Of a stretch of DNA of 64,000 nt, positions 1 through 11,628 are shown in pieces. How positions within the stretch are numbered: the first letter of the stretch is position 1; every line of letters starts with the position of its first letter. The notes beneath the pieces are model-generated. The model did not search any database, was not told where the DNA came from, and saw only the letters and a list, made by a program, of their open reading frames with translations. The position numbers and the translations under genes are program-made. The stretch lies in contig CAVNZM010000024.1 in assembly GCA_963693365.1 (NCBI GenBank), positions 1 to 64,000 of the forward strand, written 5' to 3'. Origin of the DNA: Amoebidium appalachense (Eukaryota > Protista > Ichthyosporea).

Positions 1-2
1 TG

Positions 3-60
3 TGTCACGATATAAGATGAAAATAAAAATCCTAAATCCAGAAAGTGGTAAATTGTCAAA
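3..60 (+). repeat. Left terminal inverted repeat, followed by further AAATTGTCAAA subterminal copies to ~100
   Basis: TGTCACGATATAAGATGAAAATAAAAATCCTAAATCCAGAAAGTGGTAAATTGTCAAA. Confidence 0.9.
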
Positions 61-1716
61 AATCCGGAAAATTGTCAAAATCCAGAAAATTGTCAAATTT
101 CTAGGTCCGATGTTGAAAATCCAAAATATCGTCAATTTTGGAATTTTAGCAGACCAGGTTACACTCTGTAATTTATGGTTTTTATAAAACCCTTCATCAA
201 TAAAGCTGTTTATTAAAGCAGAGATATCTAAGAGTTTATTATGAACTTTGCCACTTCGTTTTAAACTTCAAGTTATGTATCTTTAATCTATCATTTTTAA
301 TTTAGATTTTTCATAAAAAGTCAAAGATTAGACAAAGCTAAAGCACAGAACTTTGCCAACTCTGTACATTTAGTTTGTCTTTACTTTGAATTCCACACCC
401 TTACCTTCTTATGTATAGTAAGAAATCTCGTGTTATTTTAATCGTACATTAGGTGTTGAATTAAATCCTTAAATAGTAGGAAAGAGATGTAATAGGGTCA
501 GAAGTCTAATTTGAAAATTCCGATTAGGTCATAAGTATAATTCCCAAAAAAGGGAGGTCTTAAATTTGAAAATCCTGATAAGGTCAGATGTCAATTTTGT
601 AAATTTAACAAACCATATTTTGAAATTTATGGGAGCGATAAAAATTTTAGAGGTAATAAAGGAAGGAAGTACTATGTTAATAGTACTCCATTAGTAAAAA
701 AGTATGATCGTAAATAGTAGATGCTAGTATTCCATGAGCTTGTCGTATCATGAGGATAAGAGTATTTTCTTAGGAAGTAATCTCTTAAGAAACTTTAGCT
801 GGCTTTCTAATTTTTCTAGAGCCCTAATCTTTGAATTAGTAGGAAAAATAAAGATGCTTAATTTCGACAGATCATAAATATATAGAAATAATGTTTATTA
901 GAACAGGTGCATTTGGAGATTCATTAGTAACAACTTTCTCTGTATCAAATTATATAGATTTAGAAGCACCAGGTACGATACTAAGAAACCATCATATTTT
1001 TAATATGATCAGTACAGCACATGCATTATTGAATTACAGATCAATTAGTTACACTAAATCCACGGCCAATTTCGCCCCTTTAGCAGCATTAGTATTCAAT
1101 ATGAGTACCGTATGTTGATTTCATAATTATAAAAATGGAGATATAATGATGATTATTGGTTTAAAAATGGTCTTTTCATTTGAGGAGTTTATTGATTAAC
1201 ATCTTTATTGTATAATTAAGATTTTTTTAACCCTAGAAGAAGAAGTAATGATTTTCTCTCGTGTATTCAGAAGCTTTATTGTTTTCAACCTTCTGAGTTT
1301 ACTTTCATAGCAGTCTTTCCTCATTTTTGATTTAGGAGATCCAAGGACTCCTACTGGAATTAAGATAATTGAATACCTTAATTTAATACTGCTAGTTTTT
1401 ACTTTACCTTTTTCTATTAGTGTCATCGGCATTATTAGAACAAGGTGCTGGAAGTGGAATTTTTGTTTAAATCCACTATAAATTTCGCTATATGCTGAAA
1501 TATCCTAAATCTTTAAGTTCTTTGTATTTATTGCAAATAATAACCTTAAAGATGTAATAGCTCTTGAGACAAGGAGCAGATCAATCAGCAGGAAACCAAA
1601 GTAGATCGATATCTATGATTAGGATCCTCAGAGACTACATGCGAAACAATATGGTTCACTAATTAATAGAACGGTATTGAAGATATAGTTCCTTCTTAAA
1701 TATGTAAAAGTAGCTC

Positions 1717-2093
1717 AAAGATTTAAGATATTACTTGCATGTACACAAAGCTAGGACTTCACGTCAGCTTATTTAATTTTAGGTTAAATTTTAAGCTTTA
1801 ACCCCTCCCATCTGAGATAGTATGATTAAAGGACTACTTATAGCTGTCCTACTGTTGAAGATGTGGAAGGAGCTTAAAGATTTAAGATATTACTTGCATG
1901 TACACAAAGCTAGGACTTCACGTCAGCTTATTTAATTTTAGGTTATATTTTAAGCTTTAACCCCTCCCATCTGAGATAGTATGATTAAAGGACTACTTAT
2001 AGCTGTCCTACTGTTGAGGATGTGGAAGGAGTTTAAAGATTTAAGTTATTACTTGCGTGTCCTCAAAGTTAGGACTTGAAGTCCGCTTATTTA
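1717..2093 (+). repeat. 159-bp tandem repeat, ~2.4 copies
   Basis: AAAGATTTAAG starts at 1717, 1876 and 2035; first two units are nearly identical. Confidence 0.9.
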
Positions 2094-2499
2094 ACAGTAT
2101 AAAAAGAAAGCTTCTTATAATGTACGATGAGGAGGTTGCGGGATTAGCTTTATTGAATAGTAAGATTATCTTAGTCCACCTGTTCAAGTCGGAGCTCTAA
2201 AATTTAGTTACATCTGTTTGAATAGGGTAACATTATCAATTTTCTCTTGAAGAGGAAGTTAATATTACGTCCTAGGTAGATCATTGTTGTGTTTACAAGA
2301 GTCTCAGATGAGCCTTATCGCTAAGGAACTTTATTATGCTTTTTGAATCTGAGGATCCCAAACTCGCCATGAAAACCTCTTCAGAGCCGCCCCTTGTCTA
2401 GGACTCGCAACTCGTTGGGACTTGTAATGCTCTTTTGGGATAGAGGAAATAATAGTTAACTTAAACTAAATGATCGGACGGGTGTTAGGGAATAGTTTT

Positions 2500-3050
2500 A
2501 ACTAGCTTGGAATGATATCCCTGGGCACAAAACAATTGGATTAAGCCCGCTGGGTACTGTATACCTGGGCGCAAGGCTACTAACCTAAGCTAGCTTGGAA
2601 TGATATCCCTGTGTACAAGACAATTGGATTAAGCCCGCTGGGTACCTGTGTGCAATACAAATGGCGTAAGCTAGCTGGGTACTGTGTGCCTGTGCAGAAG
2701 ACAAATTGATAATTTTGTGATTACAAGAGTTTCAGAAGAGCTTTCTCGCTAAGATACATTCTTATGCTTTTGTCATTATCATCATACGACGATAAGCTCG
2801 TTGGGACGCGCAATGCTATTTTGTAATTTGAAATAGATAGTAGTTATGCTACGAGATGATCGGACGGGTGTTAAGCAATAGCTTAAGTTAGCTTGGTACT
2901 GTGTACTTGTGCACAAGACAATTAGATTAAGTGAGCTTGAGAGGGTACCGCTGTGCACAAGACAATTGAATTAAGCCCGCTGGGTACTGTGTCTCTATGT
3001 GCAAGGTAAATAACCTAAGCTAGCTTAATATTGTGTACCAGGCTAGTAGC
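2500..3050 (+). repeat. Degenerate tandem repeats (GCTAGCTTGG / GCACAAGACAATTGGATTAAGCCCGCTGGGTAC units)
   Basis: Motifs recur many times with short spacing. Confidence 0.75.
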
Positions 3051-3425
3051 CTAAACTAGCTTAGGAGAGATCCTGCGCATTTAAGAAAGGTCCAACTTTA
3101 GTAGGAAGAGTCCAACTAGCTTAGGAGAGACCCTGCGCACTTAGGAGAGATCCTGCACACTTAAGAAAGATTCTGCACACTTAGTAAAAATCATGCACAT
3201 TTAAGAAAGGTCCAACTTTAGTAGGAAGAGTCCAACTAGCTTAGAAAAGATCCTGCGCACTTAGGAGAGATTCTGTGCACTTAGGAGAGTTCTAACTTTA
3301 GTAGTAAGGGTCCAACTAGCTTAGAAGAAATCCTGCGCACTTAGGAAAGGTCCAACTTTAGTAGAAAGGGACCAACTAGCTTAGGAGAGATCATGCGCAC
3401 TTATGAAAGATCCTGCGCATTTGGA
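3051..3425 (+). repeat. Minisatellite of ~20-bp units (TTAGGAGAGATCCTGCGCAC / TTAGTAGGAAGAGTCCAAC) with ~60-bp higher-order period
   Basis: Directly visible tandem repetition. Confidence 0.85.
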
Positions 3426-4124
3426 AGGGACTTTGTTGCTAGACAGAAGTCTATACTCTTGCTTTAACTGGCAAATAAATTCATATTTTCTGTAGACAAA
3501 ACGGATGCTTCACCATTAAGCTATATTAGTCATATTATTTTCTCCTATAAGTTGATAGTAGGACTTAAAAGTTTTTACTATTTTATTGTGAGTACTAAAC
3601 GAGCTTGTCGTCGTATCATGACAAGAGCATAAGACTTTTATCTTAGCGAGAAAGCTCTACTGAGACTCTAGTACCAACTTGGTACCTACGTAAATCTACG
3701 GAACTTTCACGGTGCTCCAACCTACAATCTATAGATACATAGTCAACTTTTCTATCCAAATAAGCTATATTCACTTTTATTTGTATGCATTGTAGTGAAA
3801 TCGAACTACTATTATAGACATAAAAATTTAAGATCTTAACTGTTATATAAATGGAACTATTATCTTAAAAGTGAGTGAGACTTGGTACCTACGGAAATCG
3901 ACGGAACTTTCGCGGTGCTCCAATTTAGGCAATTAATAACAATCTTAAGGGTAATAAAGGAAAGTACTATGGTTATAATTCTCTAAGAATAGAGAAACAT
4001 GATTGTAAAAAGTAGGTGCTAATACTCTACGAACTTGTCATCGTATAAGGACAAGAGCATAAGACTCTTCTCTTAGTGAGAAAGCTCTAATGAGATTCTA
4101 GTACTAATATACTATTTTACGGTA

Positions 4125-4320
4125 AGAGTATAAGATTATGGGTATTAACCACAGAAAATTTTAAAGCATGTAGTCTCATAATGACAAGAACATAAGATTA
4201 TTTATTTAAATCACAGAGAAAATTTTAAGCGTGTAGTTTCATAATTACAAGAGCATAAGATTATGTACCTTAATTATAGAGAAATCTTAGGCGTGTAGTC
4301 TCATAATTACAAAAACATAT
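4125..4320 (+). repeat. ~62-bp tandem repeat, ~3 copies
   Basis: GCGTGTAGTCTCATAATTACAAGAGCATAAGATTATG-type unit recurs. Confidence 0.8.
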
Positions 4321-6949
4321 ACTATTCTATTCTTATTAAAATATCTCATCAGGATATAAGATAGAGTTTGAAATCCAGGAAATCGTCAACTTTTGAATTC
4401 TAGTTGATTAAGAATTAGGATTAGAATTAATATTTTTATTAGAGTTATCATTAGCAAGATGAGCAGTTATTCTTTGGAGTACTAAAACAATATTATTAGA
4501 TAAATATTGAAATTACATATTTATTCTTAATACTAACTCAAATTTATGAGGTCGAAGATTAATGGTTCAAGTCTAGATTCTTAATTATTTAAATCTTTAA
4601 AGTATTTAGTTCAAAGAATAAAGCATTGATCTTTTAAATCTTTAGATTGGAGTATCGCGAAAGTTCTGTTGATTTCCGTATATACCGAATACTTTAATAT
4701 CTAATTAAGTAACCATTTAAGTTAAGAGTATTATTTAAGATAGAAATACTATTCAATGTTAGGAAAGAGAAAAGATGTTAGTTAGTTTAATAATAGTAAA
4801 ATTATTAATAATAATAGTAGCAGTATTATGAGTAGCATTTTTAACTTTATTAGAAATAAAAGTGTTAGAAAGTATATAATTAAGAGTGGGACCACAGACA
4901 GTGGTAGTGTGAAAAGTGTGAAGAGTGTTACAACCATTTGCAGATAGGATAAAATTCTTTATTTTTAATCATGCAAATGAAATTATTTTTTTTATTAACA
5001 TCAATTATTTCATTAGTGTTAATAAGATGAGCAATTATTTATTGGAGGACTGAAGCTATACTAGCAGACATAAATATAGGGGGTATTATATTTATTTGCA
5101 GTATTTTTTTATATTATTAATAGGATGAAGATTGGATAATCTATCATTATTTAGAAACGGATCGGAATTCTTATTAAACTGATTGTCGATTATTTTCATG
5201 GTAATAATGTTAATGTAATTTTATTCTTAAATTTATCTCTCCGAATGGGGAGGCTATTTCTTACTAAAGCTATTATTTTTTAGTAAGGAATAGTACAGTA
5301 GTACTAGAGTATTATTGCAGGAATTGTTACTCTAAATACTTTAAATTTTCTTATTCTACTGTTTAAATTATTACTTTTTTAATTCTTTATCTTTTCTATC
5401 TTATTCTTTTACTACCTCTTGTTTAGTAAACGATGGTATAGTTGTACCATAGTACTATCGCTGTTAAAATAGTAAAACAGAAGAAACATTTATTTAGTGT
5501 ATATAAGAGGAAATAACCGGAAGTGAGTACTCCATAGGCTTGTTGTATCCTGGCGATAAGAGCATAAGACTATCCTCTTAGAAAGTAGTCCCTTAAGAGA
5601 TTATAACTGGCTCTCTAATTCTTAGAGTGCTGTAATTATAGTAGTTACACTACTCCCTTAGTAGGAAAGAATAAAGATGGCATCATAAAAAATGCTTAAT
5701 TTCGACAGACCATACGGTATAGAAACGGTGTTTATTAAAGCAGGTGGAGGTTTATTAGCAACAACTTTCTCCGTATCCATTCATACCAAATTGAGAGTAC
5801 GAAGTAAAGTACTAGGAGATAAATTTTATGTATAATTCTATTCGGGCTACTACTTTTAAATTGTTGTACACATACTTTAGAAGCCCTTTATAATTTAGTT
5901 CCCCCCGAGAGTTATGGCTATTTTATGCTATTGTAGCAGCATTAGTATTTATATTAAATATCATGTATTGTTTTCATGATTATAAATTTAGAGATCTAAT
6001 GAGGATTATCGGTTTATAACTATTTAATTTTGAGAGAGATTCCCTTGGATGTAGGAGTAGTTTTAATAATAACATATAATTTAAGCATTGAAAAAGGTAC
6101 AGGGTACCAATTAGTATACAATCTGTAGTAGAAATCTTATACGAGACTGTTATGTATTAAGGGGGGGAGGGGTATATAACCTTGGAGAAGACGTTCATTT
6201 TTATTCTTTTGTTATCTTTCTATTAATTTCATATATAGTACTTTTGAATTTAATAGGACGGATTCTTTATGGGTTTAGTGCTACAATTTATATTAGTGTT
6301 GCCTTATCATTTGAAATTGAATTGAGAGCTATTCCACAAGGAGCTCCAATAGTTCTAGCTTCTTTATTACTAAGAATGGAATTAGTAAATTTTTCCGCTA
6401 GAGTACCCTCATTAGATATTTGTCTTCCTTCCAATATCTCAACATGGCATTTTTCTTAAGTTTATTTACTTTAATACTCTTATCCGCTAAAGAAGTTTTG
6501 TTTTCAAATCAAGTTTATGCTATCACCTTTTCAATTGAAAGATATTATTCCTAATCTACGACACGAAACATTGTGTTTATTAGTTGAATATCTCGGATGC
6601 GAGCCTTATCGCTAAGAACCTTTCTTATGCTTTTATAATCTGAGGATTCCAAACTTATCTAATACTCGAAACTCATTGTGGACTGACATTAGGAGCTAGA
6701 TTAACGATTCGAAGCAGGGTTTACTGAAGCTATTTGTAGCTAGGTTAATGATTTAAAGCAAGGTTTACTTAAACTATTCATAGCTCAATTTACGGTTAGC
6801 CGTTTATGATTAGAGGTCCAAAGCGTGTCGCCTATGTTAGGTAATGTATGTACTCTAATTTTAGGGTGTATACTGTTAAGTGCATGGTATAAATCGATTG
6901 GTATCGTGTATGAATAAATAGGACTATGGGGTGCATATTAGAAAACAAT

Positions 6950-7205
6950 GGTGTTATTATATGCATGAGTGTATAACATAAATGCAGGAATCAGTGGTGT
7001 TCTTGGGTACATGAGTAAATGATACTCTTAAGTCAAAGATGATCATACATGAATCAGTGGTGTCCTTGGGTACATGAATAAATGATGCTCTTAAATCAAA
7101 GATGATAGTGCATGAATAAGTGGTGTTCTAGGGTACATGAATAAATGATGTTCTTAAGTAAAATATGATCGTGCATGAATCCGTGGTGTTCTTGTATGAA
7201 TAAAT
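6950..7205 (+). repeat. ~62-bp tandem repeat, ~4 copies
   Basis: GAATCAGTGGTGTTCTTGGGTACATGAATAAATGATGCTCTTAAGTCAAAGATGAT-type unit recurs. Confidence 0.8.
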
Positions 7206-7719
7206 AATTGGTGCTTATTGAAAGAGGTATCGTTTATCTGGTATTATTTAGCTGGTACCCTTTGTTCTTATTTAAAGAGGTATCGTTTATCTGGTACCTT
7301 AGTGCTTATTGAAAGAAGTATCTGTTTAGGTTTTATGGTGTGAACGTGTTGGGTTGGTCGTTGATGTAAATGTGTAACAGCTCTCAGACAGCGGTCATTT
7401 GGTGACTATCGTCATGCTGTAAAAATGTAATAACTCTCATAGTGCTGTCATCTGTTGATTATCATCAAGATATTAACTTCTTGCGTTTGTTTAGTCGTTA
7501 TGCAAACTTCTTGCGTTGGGTCTCAGTAGAGCCTTATCGCTAAGAAACTTATGCTCTTGGGTACCTACGGAAGCCTACGGAACTTTCGCGGTGCTCCACT
7601 CTGAGGAGCCCAAACTCGTCTAGTACTTGCAACTCACATTAGTACTTGCAACTCGCAGATGTCTTCTGGTGAATTATCTCTTGATATAATGTTTCTAGAT
7701 AGAAGGTCTCTTGGTGTAA

Positions 7720-7890
7720 CCATCTTGGGTTGAGTTGGTCGTTGATGCAAACGTGTTGGATTGGTCGTTGGTGCGAACGTATTGGATTGGTCATTGGTGC
7801 GAACGTATTGAATTGGTAGTTATGCTTTAGTGTGATTTTCTTGTGTTGGTCGTTGGTGCGAACGTATTGGATTGGTAGTTATGCTTTAGT
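7720..7890 (+). repeat. Short tandem repeats (TTGGTGCGAACGTATTGGATTGGT)
   Basis: About 4 copies visible. Confidence 0.75.
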
Positions 7891-8509
7891 ATATGAATAA
7901 CAGGAATGCAAATACATGAATCAAATAAGGTTATGCATGAGTGTATGAATAATAGGAATGCAAGAATTAATTGAGATCGCGCACGGGATAGCAAAAGTAC
8001 ATAGCATAGTTGCGCATGCGAATACCTAGTATGAATAATAGGAGTGCAAAAAGCAATTTGGATCGTGCAGGAATTCGTGACGTTCTTGGGTGAAGGTAAT
8101 AATTTTTGTATTTCGTAAATGGCTTAAAATGTACACAAAAATTAAAAGGTTTACCTTGAATACCTAACTCCTCCCGGACCAAATCTAGCCCGGAAAGTCT
8201 CTTACCATTTAGAACGAGCTTATTATTAAAATTACTCACTAATGTACATAAAAACTAAAATTAAATTTGGATGAAAGACACTCATTTTCAAGAAAATAAG
8301 GTGCATGTAACAACTTTGGTAAATCATAAATGACTGAGAATGCTCTTTGTAATTTTAAGGTTTACCTCGAATACCTAATCCCCCGTCTTGGGTTGGTCAT
8401 CATACCTTGATATGACCTTCTTGTGTAAAGTCTCAGTAGAGCTTTCTCGCTAAGGAACTTCCTTATGCTCTTGTCATTATACGACAAAAAGCTCATCTAG
8501 GACTTGCAA

Positions 8510-10090
8510 CTTGTTGGCTGTTATTATTTGGATCTTTACTATTGTTATTATTTGTATATTTACTCTTATTATTCAATCTTTATTGCTATTACCTTAGTGC
8601 CATCTATGTTTATTACTATTGCTATTACTTTAATACCATCTATGTTTGTTATTACTGCTTTCATTCTTTATCTCTCTATTGCTATCATTATTTGTATTTA
8701 TACTTCTGTTACTCTTTCCTCACTATCTACTGCTGTCCCTATTTATCTCTCTACTGCGGTTAATATAGGTATCTCTATCGCTGTTACTCTTTCTTCTCTA
8801 ACTACAGCTATTACTCTTTTTCACCACTTACAGCTACCATTAGTATCCTTGTATCATTGTAACATTACAGCTACCATTGATATCCTTGTATCCTTAGATC
8901 ATTACAGTTACCATTAGTATCCTTATATCATTGTAACATTACGGCTTCCATTCTGGCTTATTGTATATTGTTATTTCTATTTATCTCATTGTATATTTGT
9001 GTTTTTGTGTGTTTCATCTCAGATCGTATAGTATAAGTTTATTGCTTGGTTACATTTAATTCCCTCTCGTATAATTTAGTATCAGTTTGTTGCATTCCTT
9101 GTTGTTATATTGCTTGATTCCATCTCGGATCGTTTAGTGTAAGTTTGTTGTTACATTGCTGGATTCTATCTGGGTCTCATTTCGTCTTGTGTAGGCTTAG
9201 TTACATCTTGGTCCCATCTCGTCTTGTGGAGGCTTATTTATTAGTCCCATCTTGATTACATCTCGGATCGTCTAGTATCAGTTTGTTGCATTACTTGTTA
9301 TTACATCACGTATCGTCTAATATAAGTTTGTTGCATTACTTGTTGTTACATTGCTTGATTACATCTCGTATCGTCTAGTATAAGTTGGTTGCGTTTGTTG
9401 TTACATTGCTTGATTACATCTCGTATCATCTTGTGTCAATTTGTTGCATTATTTGTTATTACATTGCTTAATTCCATCTTGGATCGTCTTGTGTAGCTTT
9501 GTTGGATTATTTGTTGTTACATTACTTAATTCTATCTGGATCCCATCTCGGATTGTATAGTATAGATTTGTTTAATTACTTATGGTTACGTTGCTTGCTT
9601 GCATACATACTTTTATTTCGTATCGTTATGCTGTATGTTGTTATTTATTAATTATTGCTTCCTTGCTTGCTTACTTAGTTATATCTTAATTGCATTTCGT
9701 ATAATCTTGTTGCTTGCTTGCATACATACTTTCATTTCGTATCGTTGTGCTGTATATTGTAGTTTATTAATTATTGCTTTCTTGCTTACTTAGTTACATC
9801 TTAATTGCATTTCGTATAATCTTGTTGCTTGCTTCCATTGTGATTACATCTCGTATTGTCTAGTATAGATTTGTTTAATGGCTTGTGGTTACATTGCTTG
9901 CTTTCATTTCGTATCATTGTACTGTATCTTGTAGTTTATTAATTATTGTTTTCTTGCTTACTTAATTACATCTTAGTTTCATCATGATTTCATTTCGTAT
10001 AATCTTGTAGCTTGCTTCCGTCTGGACTCAATCTTAGCTACATTTCATAAGGTCTTATTGCTTGATTCCATCTTGGCTACATCTTGACTC
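8510..10090 (+). repeat. T-rich low-complexity degenerate tandem repeats (ATTACTATTGCT; GTTACATTGCTTGATTACATCTCG; TGCTTGCATACATACT)
   Basis: Repeated units visible; explains the Tyr/Cys/Leu-rich spurious ORFs here. Confidence 0.75.
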
Positions 10091-10555
10091 CATATCATCT
10101 TATAAAGAACTAAAACAAATAACTCTAATTATTCAATTCCCTTTTCTATACCTTATTAATAAAATAATTACAAATCTTAATGTAGTTACTATTCCATATT
10201 CCACGATTAACTGTCCATATTCTCTTGTTAATCCTCCTCCTTCTTTATCCCTTTCTAATCACACAATTAGGCCTACTCCTATTATTGAAATTTTATAAAC
10301 TCAATTACTTTTACTTCTACTTTGTCCATTCTTGCTAAACATTACAATTAAAACTACTATACCTACTAATGCTATAATTGTTACATTTTTATTACATAAG
10401 TTATATTACACGTCTCTTTCCTACTATTGAATAGTTTAATTCAACTCCTAAATTATTATAATTAGAGCAATTTCTTCCTTTCTTACATTTAAGATTCCTA
10501 TAAAATCGGATTTCTAATTGGTTAAACCTCAAAATTTCAGATCGTCACCCTAAAA

Positions 10556-10613
10556 TTTGACAATTTACCACTTTCTGGATTTAGGATTGGAATTATCATC
10601 TTATATCGTGACA
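10556..10613 (-). repeat. Right terminal inverted repeat
   Basis: TTTGACAATTTACCACTTTCTGGATTTAGGATTGGAATTATCATCTTATATCGTGACA, reverse complement of 3-60 with 4 mismatches. Confidence 0.9.
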
Positions 10614-11002
10614 GAAGCTTCAAGTAAGAGTAGAGAGGCGAGGGGGCTATGTGAAATAACTAGACCACCCCCAACTATGTAGAATCTACACCTCCCTACC
10701 CTATGAGCGTAGTAAAGAAGAAGGGAGGAGGGGGCGAGCTCTTGATGGGCATGTTCAGGTTCTCTCTGTCGTGGTATAGGAGACACAAGGAGGACACACG
10801 GAAGAACTTTGTGGGGTACCCATTCCTGCTAGTGAAAATGGTGGAATTAGTGGGTGGTATGGACGCAGAGGTGGTGGCCAGGCTGGTGCCTGCCGTCAAA
10901 AGCAAGGTGACTAGAGTAAAGTGTGACAGGGTGTGGGTTCAGCTGGAGAGGGACCTTAAAAACTACCACATGCTTGTGGAATACAACATGTTCTGCCTGT
11001 AG
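10614..11002 (+). pseudogene. VLTF3: 5'-truncated, decayed VLTF3 (poxvirus A2-like late transcription factor) homolog
   Basis: ORF 10703-11002 reads LMGMF...RKNFVGYPFLLVKMVELVG...PAVKSK...DRVW, matching the VLTF3 C-terminal pattern L..MF...RKNF..Y...L.K..EL...P.LKS...D.IW. An upstream frame reads GYVK*LDHP, like GY.KYYEH.P. Confidence 0.6.
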
Positions 11003-11120
11003 CCTGGTGCTACTTGTACCTAAAGACAAGACAAGCCTTGTGCACAATACATTAGGGGTAGCAGGCGGTGGTAGGGGGGTGTGCCAGCACGTACCCACAC
11101 TACCGTCGACCCACTCAAGT

Positions 11121-11312
11121 TTATTTGAACACCACAGGTGCCGTGCGTATGGGACGGTTGGCGTTGATACCGGACAACGGTACGGTGTAGGCCAACGGAC
11201 GTTGCCGAAAGTCACGTATGGTGGAGACGTCCATAACGTTCAAGTTGTTGTTCTGCTCCGGAAAAATGAACGGCTTCTTGCGTATAGGGGGGCCGCCAAT
11301 GTTGAGCTCCAT
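11121..11312 (-). CDS. Small hypothetical protein (63 aa)
   Basis: ATG in CAACATGG context; co-oriented with the capsid cluster. Confidence 0.45.
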   Translation of the reverse strand: MELNIGGPPIRKKPFIFPEQNNNLNVMDVSTIRDFRQRPLAYTVPLSGINANRPIRTAPVVFK

Positions 11313-11628
11313 GTTGCTGCTGCTGCAGGGTGTTTACACAACCACACACAATATTTTAGAAGGTTTGGAAGGAGCTCTTGTCGGCAGCCACGGGCCAGGG
11401 TGTGTACGTGGCCGGCTTCGGTCTCATGGTCCCCCCTGGACCCTCAATGACGGTGTTTCCTGGTCCGTAGAACGGGCGGGTGTGGGGTACGGGTCCGGGG
11501 GCAGGCCGGGTGCGGTAGGGGGAGGGGTACGGGGAGGGGGACAAGCGTGTGTGGCAACGCATACATGCGCATGTGCTCCGTGTTGGGTGCCATGGTGGTG
11601 GTGGTGCCACTGTTGCCTGTGCCGTAGA

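Larger units (their letters stand above)
3..10613. mobile_element. AT-rich non-autonomous TIR element (TGT...ACA termini), mosaic of internal repeats, no intact ORF
   Basis: 3-60 is the reverse complement of 10556-10613 (58 bp, 4 mismatches). Composition switches abruptly from AT-rich to GC-rich right after 10613. Interior has only short spurious ORFs. Confidence 0.8.

Noticed and set aside
2340-2385. Hammerhead ribozyme (CTGAGGA...GAAA) next to the dispersed module
   Set aside because: The required stems could not be built, and GAAA is not retained in the copies near 6640 and 7600.
1717-10090. Repeat arrays as CRISPR arrays
   Set aside because: Units are contiguous degenerate tandem repeats without unique spacers, and there are no cas genes.
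8504-10298. Tyr/Cys/Leu/Ile-rich ORFs as membrane proteins
   Set aside because: They are translations of T-rich low-complexity repeats.
10614-10640. Primer-binding site after the TG...CA end (LTR retrotransposon)
   Set aside because: The sequence is GAAGCTTCAAG, with no TGG-starting tRNA complement, and no gag-pol follows.
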